From contig NW_002060947.1 in NCBI RefSeq assembly GCF_000150275.1, positions 2,159,740 to 2,223,739 on the forward strand: a stretch of 64,000 bases of DNA, written 5' to 3'. The translations under genes were made by a program, and so were the position numbers. The notes under the pieces are model-generated. The model worked only from the letters and a program-made list of their open reading frames with translations, was not told the DNA's origin and did not search any database. This DNA is from Trichoplax adhaerens (taxonomy: Eukaryota; Animalia; Placozoa). Positions 48,760-59,393 of this stretch are shown in pieces; the stretch's first letter is position 1; each line of letters starts with the position of its first letter.

Positions 48760-49591
48760 TATTAAATACTTAATTAACATTGATTAACAACTTTGATTAA
48801 CTGTAAATGGGATGAGATTCTTCATCAGATGTTGTGCAGTTGTTCTACGCTGTATGATTGAAAGAAGTTAATTAAATCTCTTTTAGAATTCACATGTTGT
48901 AAATACGAGTACTACCGAAGAGGAAATTTCGCTGTAAAATATATACTTTATAAACAGTATATATATATTTAAGTAGATGTACAACATTGCACACAAATGT
49001 ATCTATCTAGAGAGAAAAAATGATCAAGTCGCATTGTATTGACGTGCCATCGAATAATTTGAAATCTGAAGCTTTACATTGCTAACTATTTTCGTTGTCG
49101 AACTTAATGTTGTATACGAACTTTTCTCTATTATATTTCTAACTTTGAAAAATGTAATGGCTCAGGATAGATTGTACTTTAATGTACGTATCATGAAGAA
49201 TAAAACTGGAAATTGACGCAATACCGATTTAAATATAATTACTGATAATGCCATCACAATGTTCAACTTTGGTGTTATAACTTAGCGTTTGATACTTTAT
49301 TTAACTTTATGCTAACAGCAGCTGGTACGCCAGACATCATCTAAAATATATTTAACGAGCATTAGGATTTATAAAATTATCAAGAATTACGCAAGAAATG
49401 ATTAATAAAATAATCAAGAACTTTGCAATCAGTGATCAATATAGTTATCAAAAACTGTGCATAGTCATAGCAACACTATTAAGAACTGTGCAATCAAATA
49501 TTTGCTGGTATTCCGAATGAAGATATGGGACATTTTCGGAATATTCTTCGGGTTTTTTGAGCCGCGTAAGTTTGTAAAATAATTAATAAAT

Positions 49592-52045
49592 TCATTCGAA
49601 TGTTGTCCTAATTTCACGACCATGTAGTGCCTGGACTGGTCTGAAGTTGTTAACCATTTCTCCACCTTCATGACATTCCAGGCTGCGGATTTCAAGTAGC
49701 TAGAAAGTAATTGATAACATTATCGTCTCAAAATTCCTTAGTAAAAAGAAACAAGCATGATTTATATCATTCAAATCATGTTATACCTGTTCTTCAGAAA
49801 TTTCAATTGGGTGGCGAAGCATAATCCAAGTTACATTTTCGGTACATGGTGGAGTTGTTAATGAGCCTGGATATGTCCAATAATCGCAGAGATCTGATAG
49901 TAAAGCCGGATTATATCAATACACATCAAATGGATAATTAAAAAGAACATACTGCTATAGAAAATTAATTTTGTTACTCAACATTGATAAAGCAAATACG
50001 GAACGCTGTAACAAGATTGTTATTTCCATGATATATTGTAATGAGAAAGTAAGAGTATATGCTGTACCTTCTCTATCTGGCAAAATATCAATAGGGTGAA
50101 TAACATCAATGGTGACCGGTTTACTTTCCTGTCAGGGGATCGGAATGATAACAAATATCTTTAGAACTTGACGGCAAATATCAGCTTAATAATTAAAATA
50201 TCGTACCGCACTGCGTATATGACACAGTTCAGAGGTTACATTTTTTAATTGGTAGTTTTCTTTTCCAACCTAAATTTAAAAGGTAGTAGATTTCATTTCA
50301 GGATAGAAGTTAAAGAATTTTTAATGATAAGATACTGTATAATATAACATGCTATCTTCAATACAAGTAAATGCAGTAACTGACGTACTAATTCCAATGC
50401 ATCTTGCTACAAAGATTAACAAATTTACATTCTTTTAGCTACTATTGAATCTATAGCATTTATCAACGGTTTTTAATAGTTACAGTTGCAAAAATTCCAA
50501 CAACTGCTAATCCGTCCGGAGATTTGGTTGCCTCTGCAGCGTCTTTATACAGCGTTTTGTTCCAGTGTACGAAATGTATCTAAAAAGATATTTACGATGA
50601 AGCGATAACAGAATGTCAACATAAGTTGATACATGATCAGTCAAGGAATAAAAAACATTCTACAATAGCAACAGAATGTATACTCGTATTTTTTAATAGC
50701 TAATAAATAAGGTATACATGAAAAATATTTAACAATAGTAATAGAATGTTTATATATTTTGTAATGCTATTAAATAAGGTATACATAAAAGATATTCAAC
50801 AATAACAACAGAATGTTTACATTTCGTAATCACTCTCAGAAAACAGTAATACGAGATCTATTGTTCATAAATTTTAACGAAATCTGGCATTTAAGAGTAT
50901 AGTTTTACGTCTTCTGGTTTAAATCATAAAGGCTCGAGCTGTATAAAAAAATACTTTAGATATGTATGGTTATGGCTATATAATTGACTTTTAAATTATG
51001 AACATGTCCTATACAGATGTGGATAGTGAGTGTCACATTAATTGAATTAACAAGTTGCAATTCTGATTGTGACAAAGACACTCCCGTACACAATCTAACT
51101 AGTAACTGCAAGTCTTCTGCAATTTAGATCATGGACAGTTTATCAAACTATGTATATTCGTGCATCAGTTATACAATACATACGAAAATTAATGCAGGGC
51201 CGACTTAATGTAGAATTTGAAAGAGTTAAAGGCTAGTTATGGTACAAATACCATTCATTTGCAATGATAGATAAGTTACCTCCATAGGAAATGGAGTATG
51301 ATCGACATCATGCTCAGATCCATGATCATTATCGTCACCCCAATGGGCATGAAATTGTACCAATTCGTACTCGTGTTCTCCCAATGGTCCTCCTCGGATA
51401 ACTATATGAAATAAACACGATATGTCTAATGAATTAATATCATACAGCATGATAGTTCTTTTTATGCTACCGTCTAATTACGGACAAAAATTCATTTAAT
51501 TTATGGCAATTTAACTTAAGTCAAAGAATTGAATGCCTTAAATTTGATATTAGCAACAATTATAACAATTACGAAGCCGAGCAATATCAATCACGTAATG
51601 TTCATAGGTTGTTTACAATTATTTTTACTAACCGCAATTTTTTCCAGTAGAAACCATGAAACTATGGCCTGTGTTGGATAATTCGCCTTTCTCACAGCAA
51701 ACATAGTCGATATCTAACGGACGCTCGACCAGTTTGTGATCAAATACTTCTTCGCTAGTATCGAGGTTAATTGGTGATTGGCGATTTCCACTTGCAGATG
51801 GGTAAGTTTTATACCAACTATCTAGACATAGCCACAAAAAAGAAATTACAAGAAATAAGAGTGTTCATTCGAATTGATCAGTAAGTATAACATAAAAGAT
51901 GTCTTCTTCAGTAATGTTGATTGATTGAATAAAATAGTAGACTGCTAATATATTTGATGCTTAAAAAATTAAATAATCAAGAAATTCAAGGTATTAGTAG
52001 TTGTTATACTATATGCATACTTGGGTCTTCGTAATTCCAAGACAT
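49592..52045 (-). CDS. Cytosolic alpha-carbonic anhydrase (CA2/CA7-like), 8 coding exons
   Basis: MSWNYEDP|[20 protein letters not shown]...NTGHSF (His64 equivalent), QFHAHWG...GSEH (Zn His94/96), E|IHFVHWN (His119), [34 protein letters not shown]. No signal peptide. TATA-like TATATATA at ~52172. Confidence 0.95.
50660..50830. repeat. Intronic ~70 bp tandem repeat, ~2.5 copies
   Basis: acagaatgt...aaataaggtatacat.aaa.atatt.aacaata recurs within a CA intron. Confidence 0.7.
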
Positions 52046-54365
52046 GATAAAGATTGATAGTACACAAAAAGAGATGCAAAGGAAATATGAAGAAATGTTA
52101 CGAAGAATGAAACAGATTAATATCTTGCAACAATTCGTTCTTTCTCACTCCAAAGTACTGGTATATATAGCAAGGCTCACAATTGTACGTACCGTATGTT
52201 GCATTATTTCATTCCTTTATTCACGCTATCTACTTGATAACATATGTAGTAATTAAATTAGCTAGTAGCGGTGAGATGGATTATTTATCATATATTATTG
52301 ATTGGAAGTAATTACACAGTTACATATGTTCGTTATCTTGATGACGCCTTTATTGTCAACATTTTCTATACGTATACATCCTCCAAATTTAATTTCGATC
52401 TGTAAAAGTCTATACCGTAGTAATAGTTGAAATCACATAAGCGATACGAAAGAAGATTACTATTGTTTGAATAAAGGATCTACTATTTACAAATAGTAAC
52501 TGTGACGTAAAATGCTGATACCACGAATGAATTTATTGACAGTACAATCATCGACAAGATTGTACGGTCGTAAATTCATTCTGTAATCACTTTCAGTAAG
52601 GTATGTGTTGATTTAATCGTACAGTTAATTATACCAGTACAGTTATCGTTGAGTTGTGAAAAGAACGTAGCCGACATTTGTAGACTAGACAATTCAATTA
52701 GCTGTACACTCATTAAATACATAGAAACATATTGCGCTTAATCCGATAAATGTGTCGATAGTGTGCTCATTGCCATTTGAAAATGATTCACTCTTCACCT
52801 GAGTTAAAATCTAATTATAAGAAACTTCATCAAAATCGTGGTATAAAAGCAACGAATTATAATAGCTTGAAATGAGTTTGGACCCTCCCTTGACTATACA
52901 GTACTCAGATATTGCTTGTTGCTAAACGCCTATATTGATATCAGTTTGAATAACAATTTCCATCGAGTTCGAACTTGTACGTTACAAATAGAATGCAAAT
53001 TAATTAATTAATTAATTACGAAAGAATGCTATGAGCATAGGAGCATAGGTTATAAGATGGTTTTTGTACGTTAACCTTAATATCTTTTTTTCTGTTGATA
53101 AGTTAACTAGGAATGTATTGATAGCTAATGTTATACAATACTTTTATCCTAATTATCGTATGGTATATATCTTAACATACTGTATTTTATAATGTTATCT
53201 ACGTAGTACAGTGCATTATTAATCTACGGACGTTTACGTACAGTACTGTAGCCAAGTCAAAATTTTCTTGGCCTAGTTTATATACAGTAAAGTTAGTAAG
53301 ATTTAAAATGAAATTTATTGGAAAACTAGTAACAATATAGTAATGCTTATCCAGTCAGCATTCACTGTACTGTACAGTAGCTGTCATCGTATCTTAACTG
53401 TTTACCAACCTACCTTTGATGCAGCATATGCTGCCAGAAGGATATCGATATTCATTTACGTGTATAGTAGTAAGAACTGCTAAGAATACTATACGAGTAT
53501 CGCTGTGTTGTTGTGCGTACTAGTTTGCTAGGTAAATACAGTAGTAATTGTTATCATAGTTCCAATATCCAAGATAGTCTTTAATAAAAGAATTATTTAT
53601 AGACAAGCTTTTGCATGCGATTAGGAGATTAGGCGTAGAAGACGAACCCGCCACGATCTCATGTGCATAGCTGCAGAAGTACATAGCATGTAGTCGTAAT
53701 GATAGTTGTACGGTACAGTATATTCAATCTAATTTACTAATTGAGAATGAGTTTCCAATTTTTAAATTTATGAATGCATGATCAATTTGCTATGGTCAGT
53801 CTGGTCTGCACGCCTTTTGTTCGCACACTGTGTACTAGTGTGGTCGATAATGAACACATTGGCAAGTGAGTGCCTGTTGTTGAAGACCGGACTTCATAAG
53901 TTGAGATGGACAACTGCACACTTTTATTTTTTGAAGGGGATGATTTGGAGAAGGAGGGAGCGAGGGGTCTATGATGTGTGGCTGAAGTATGGCATGATTA
54001 TATGCCTATATGATTAGTCACGTAATAATATAAAAGTAAAAAGTTGCTATTGATCAATTTCTGCTTAGCAAAGAATACGAGATACCGCGGTGATCAACTT
54101 ACTTAGTAGCATAAGTGGAATAGAACATAATTTAATGGTACGTAGAATTATGATGTCAGTATATTATCGAAAACATCAATCTGTGATTCGTTAATCTTTT
54201 GATAACACTGCTGTTAGATTTGATATTTATGCAAATTCAATATATCAAAACTATCGGAAAGAATAGAGTTTTATTTGGATTGCAATCGTATAAGTAATAC
54301 AACATTATCGTGATTTCCAAGAATTCTTCAACGGTAGACTGGGAACAATACATGCGCGTATATTC

Positions 54366-54454
54366 TAGGTAGTACTGTAGATGTGCAAACCTGCAAACCT
54401 GCAAACAGGTCCAGTGGACAGGTTTGCAGGTTTGCACATCTACAGTACTACCTA
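54366..54454. mobile_element. 89-bp palindromic MITE-like element with perfect 36-bp arms
   Basis: taggtagtactgtagatgtgcaaacctgcaaacctg (54366-54401) is the exact reverse complement of 54419-54454. TA at both ends. Confidence 0.6.
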
Positions 54455-54682
54455 AAATGTCCAGTAATGATGATGCCTGGCCTACAATCTACTCTATAAC
54501 AGTTGGCCACAGCCTTGTCAAAATAGCATTTTGCAAAATTGCATAAGTTCAAGAATTCGATATAAATTCGTTGTTACTGTGTTTACTTGACTCTAAAAGT
54601 AACAAATATTAAATTACTGTACTATTAATCATTCATGGTGTTTACATGAGTAAATACAAATGTCTCCGAACTAGTGTAAACT

Positions 54683-54868
54683 TTACTAAAATGATGTCGC
54701 TCTTCCTTAGTTCCTTTCAGCTGGTGCATTTAGCATTCAGGGACTTCTAAGAATTTTCTCTCAAAGGTAGCAATTAAAATTAGAAGTCCCTGGTCATACT
54801 ATACTTGAAGCTGGAAGGAATGAAACGTCGAAAGTCGAAAGGTAACGAAGGGTAACATCATTTCGTAA
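54683..54868. repeat. Interrupted long inverted repeat (three nested stems)
   Basis: cagggacttctaa (54738-50) / ttagaagtccctg (54780-92) is perfect. ttcctttcagct / agctggaaggaa has 1 mismatch. ttactaaaatgatgt / acatcatttcgtaa forms the outer stem. Confidence 0.75.
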
Positions 54869-54889
54869 GACAATAATTATAGTTGATTG

Positions 54890-54997
54890 CCAATAGTCAG
54901 TAGGCCGTTCAGATTTAAATTTGATGTTGAGAGGTTTCAGTATGAAATTCTGAACATCAAGTTAAAATCTGAAGGTCCAATTACTCCAATAGTCAGT
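54890..54997. repeat. ~66-nt hairpin flanked by 12-bp direct repeats
   Basis: Arms 54908-54932 and 54949-54973 pair at 22/25 positions. Inner ggtttca-gta-tgaaatt. ccaatagtcagt occurs at 54890-54901 and 54986-54997. Confidence 0.75.
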
Positions 54998-55004
54998 CAC
55001 TGCA

Positions 55005-55190
55005 GAGTACAGTACTGTACAGTACTGTACACGTAAACTACAGTACTGTACAGTAAAGTAATATACTGTACACTGTACTATTGTATATTGTTGTACAGAC
55101 GTACGTGCAGACGGCACAGAGCACTGTTTCTCTCTTTGGTAAGGCAGACAGACGGGACTCCAGTACTCCTACTGTACTGTACAGTGTACG
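55005..55190 (+). promoter_or_regulatory. TAC[AT]GTA cluster immediately upstream of SPCS3
   Basis: gtacagtactgtacagtactgtacac..., actgtacactgtac at 55065-55078, GGGACT at 55154. Confidence 0.6.
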
Positions 55191-55255
55191 GTAAGCTAAG
55201 GGCAACTTCATGCTTCGACCCTTCTAATCCACTTCTTCCTCGCTACGACCGCAAC

Positions 55256-57793
55256 ATGTATTCCATAACACAGCGTGCCACAGCACTTTTCACTTTTGCA
55301 TGCACTGTGCTAGCTGTAATGACATTTTTATGCTTTTTATCAGTTCTCAATAAGGATAAATCGGTAAAGGTGCAGTTGGATGTAAAAGATGTAGCAGTGT
55401 AAGTGAGATTGAGATTCTATTTTGATGCTATGTGATAAAATCATTTGGAGAAAAAAACGTTTTATTAGATGCTTGATAATACTATACTATTGCATTAGAC
55501 TGGAAGTACGGTACGGTAGACAGTACTGCAAATTGTATTAGTCAATTATGTAGAAAATGTCAAACGATTGGATAGTACGATGATCGCTAATAGATTAGTA
55601 CTCGGTTTAAAACACTAATAGCTTGTATTAACTGTAAAGAAATGCTTGAATTGTTTATTGATCCATAATGGCAGTCTAGATAATAGAATTGTGATATTGG
55701 ATGCAAATAATCATCAACTTTGCCCTACTACTATCCCAAGTAATAGCGATAATATATTGTTCTCCATCAGTCAAGTTAACATCTTCTTTTGGATTGTCTT
55801 TTATTAATGGTTTCGAAAAATGTCTAAAGTCAGCGTGGGTATGATCCTTCTACTGTGACAGGAAGATGCGACAGGGCGTTTGTAAGCTTCTCGATCAAGG
55901 CAGATATCCTTTTTCATGTTGACCTAGCTGTGTGAGAGATACACATACATTTTAAGTTTAAAATTAGTTATACTATGGATAGAAGTAATCGTCATTCGTT
56001 GACTAAACCTACTATACAAAATATCGTTAGTAGATAGTTCAACATTGGCTAATCAAATCAATTCTGTACGACTTTTACAATTATTTTCAACCCAGGCACG
56101 CTTAAGTATTTTTATCCAGGCACATCATAACGCCAGCATTATACGTGTATAATATAAATGAATTATCTTGCTGGCCATCTACTTAAAGTTAACAATACAG
56201 TACATGAAATAGTGTAGGCAAAATATACTCTACAGGCTGCAGCAGCACGCATATACTGTACTCTACGTACATGTCTATCATGGAATCTTATTGTACCAGG
56301 TAATACGTTACACAAGCATAGTTTTATCTTTTCTGGCACATCTATTGGATAATATACTGTAGTACATCGATTAGCGTAGGCTAAATATGCGATGCAACAG
56401 GATACCTTTTGCGTCACAGACTTTTGTTTTTATCCAGATAGTGCAGTAGACAAGTACAGTATCATTTTTCTGATATGCAGAAGTGACATTATAATGTCAT
56501 GGACTTACAAAAAATGAAAAGTTCATGATGATATACTGATTAATGTAGACTAAATATATGTGGAGACGGTAGACCTTATACGCGTATATCTAGAAATCAT
56601 GAACAAAATAGTTTAAATTTGAATCAACTTCATATAATACTATGCTGTGTGATGTGATCGTACCCTATCATCAAATGTTAGGAATATGATGATTAAAAGA
56701 AAGAATCTATCAATATTTTGTCACCAGAGTAGGATTTACTGTTAACGAATTAGAAAATAAGTTCTATTTCAACTATTAATCTGCATTTTGCCTTAACACC
56801 TTTTACATTTTACTCCGTTATTTAATTGGAACACTAAACAACTATTTATTTACCTCACAGCGGAATATAAAACGGATCGAAATGTGAGTATTTATATCGA
56901 TGTTAACAGCGCCAACATCTTTATTGCATTATTCAACTCGGTGGTTAAATACGCTGGCTGCCGTAATATGTTGCTTGCAAATAGATGACGTTGTACATCG
57001 TATCTTTCTAGTATTTTTACAGTGTTACTTTATGAAAATACAATCTATGCTATTGAAAAAGTTATAATGTTCGCAAACGCCATACTACTGTACCAGCTAT
57101 TGTAATATAGCACTCTCTAAATAGTAGAAAGAAAAGTTATTGTAGCTATAAAGCAGTAGAATAAAACCTGAGTGATAGCTGACAGATTTTGTGGGGTTGC
57201 CTCTACAATTACGTTTAACAATGATTTTGTATCGTCACTGTAAACTGTTGATCTTTGACTAACTTTTTAGACATGTTGCTTGACAGAATTTTATATTTTT
57301 ATACCGCAATAGCCGTTAAATCAAATCGTACTATGGGATCGTATAATGCTTAAAGGTCATGATCCAAGACTAATCGTCACCGATGTTCCAGAATATGTCT
57401 TTACAGATGATGGTCATGGCTTAAAGTAAGACCCATTCTAATAGATTAACCTACCGTGTCATATATTGCATTGGCTGTCATAGTCATTCTACTGTATATA
57501 GTGTTTGTATGCATATGATATTTAATGTACTTATATATATTATACAGAATAACGTAATATTACTTACCTATCATATATACTGCACAACAGTAGAGATAGA
57601 GTTAGACACAGTACGTACTATGTAGTTACAATTGCTGATATATCATTGATTTGCTATTTCTAGGGGCCATAAGAATGTAACATTACGTCTATCCTGGAAT
57701 ATCATTCCGATTGCAGGGCTATTACCTAGAATTGATAGTGGGCACTATAGCTTTGCAATGCCGAATGAATACTTAAAAAGGCGGTCATACTAA
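55256..57793 (+). CDS. SPCS3: Signal peptidase complex subunit 3 (SPC22/23), 5 exons
   Basis: Exons 55256-55398, 55830-55903, 56807-56883, 57313-57425, 57664-57793. Product MYSITQRATALFTFACTVLAVMTFLCFLS...SFSIKA|DFTPLFNWNTKQLFIYLTAEYKTDRN|PLNQIVLWDRIM...DDGHGLK|GHKNVTLRLSWNIIPIAGLLP. Confidence 0.95.
55904..56806 (+). other. U12-type (minor spliceosome) AT-AC intron, SPCS3 intron 2
   Basis: Donor |ATATCCTTTT at 55904, branch site TGCCTTAAC at 56789-56797, acceptor TTTTAC| at 56806. The junction G|AT restores the conserved ADF..LFNWN. Confidence 0.93.
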
Positions 57794-59393
57794 AGGGAAT
57801 AGCCAAATTATTTAGCATGTTGTATGTGTCAATAATTGCTACACTTTTAGTAGTTCCAGGTCTCACTACTAAATGTATGTATAAATACTAAAAGATGCAG
57901 TAATATAGATGTATAATATATCAATACGCCTATATACACATGTTATATATTTTATGATAGTTCATCAACTGTGTGTATTCATGCCTAATCATATAAGTGG
58001 TTATTAATTATGCAAACCTGTGACTATCAAGAGTTATGGCATAGAATACTAAATGATACATTTGGTAGTTTATGCCTAGATTACTGATTGCATTTTACGT
58101 GAAAGTAGCCGCTTACCTGTACAAACATGCATTTCCTATTGTATACTACCTGCTAAAATTGACTAATGGATTAACGTTCCAGGAATCATGACACACATAT
58201 TATAGTAAAATGCGAAATATTTGAGTGGTATACGCTAATCCAATCAAGGAAAGTAGCTCATTATTTGACTTATACTCCTATATTCTAATTAACAGCTGTT
58301 TTTTTACGGCTTTACGCGTATATCCGAATACGAAAATTCAGATGGACCTTGCAGTATACTTTTTAAAATTTGCAATAAAAGACTTCAACTATATATGATA
58401 GAGTGATTGTATGAGGATTAGCAGCTTTATAGTTACGGCATGGCACAGGCGTTTTAACGTCAACATATAGTTGAATAGAGTGCAAAGATTCATACGACCT
58501 CAATCATCATGTGCATCACAAGAAATTTATATAGCAACTTGGACAAACAAAAGAAATCACATAAACTGCGACAATCATGATTTACTGTTAATGATGTTAG
58601 TGGCCAAGAATGAGGCACAGGCGCTATTTAAAAATTGTCCAATCACAAGTTCAATCTTTAATTCAAGCCAAAGACAATAAATGTTTGACATCTTAAATAG
58701 TCTCACTTGTCTGCTTCATGTCGTTAACTTTCGATCCTACAGCTAATATGATCATCGATCCAGGAAAACTGGATCGCAACACAAACCAAGCTCATGCATT
58801 GCTAATGTTCTCGAAATATACAGTACTACGGCGACCTAGTATTCCTCATATTACTACAGTTATCACGGGGAGTAATTTCATGATTTACATATTTAAAAAT
58901 TTTATTACAAAGTTAGACGCTAAATATATAAGAATTATACCAATCGTAGCAGCGTAATTAGATTGCGAACTTCGAACTGAAAGTATTTTAGAAATAGCTT
59001 ACTAATTTAATGTAGTTATTGAAAAGAATAAGCTTACAAAAATTTATTGATATAATTACTCCATACCATAAATGAATGGCAGTGAGTACCATCACACTTG
59101 ATTTCAACTACTGAAGCATACGTACTCGGTATATACAAGTACCTAGGATCGAAAACCTTACAGGATTTGATGGTTTCTAAGGTTTAAGCAAACTTTATAC
59201 ATGAATCATAAAATATAGCGATCAACGCTACTGTATACATGATTTAATAGCACCAGTGCTACAAGTTTCTAGACGGGTTTGAATAGTTATTATCTATATA
59301 CGCGCTTTACTGTGCGTGCCAATGCCTCATCCAGTAGTATAATAAAGTAAAATTGCATCAATAAGATATATAATAAATAACTGCTCTCGATTT

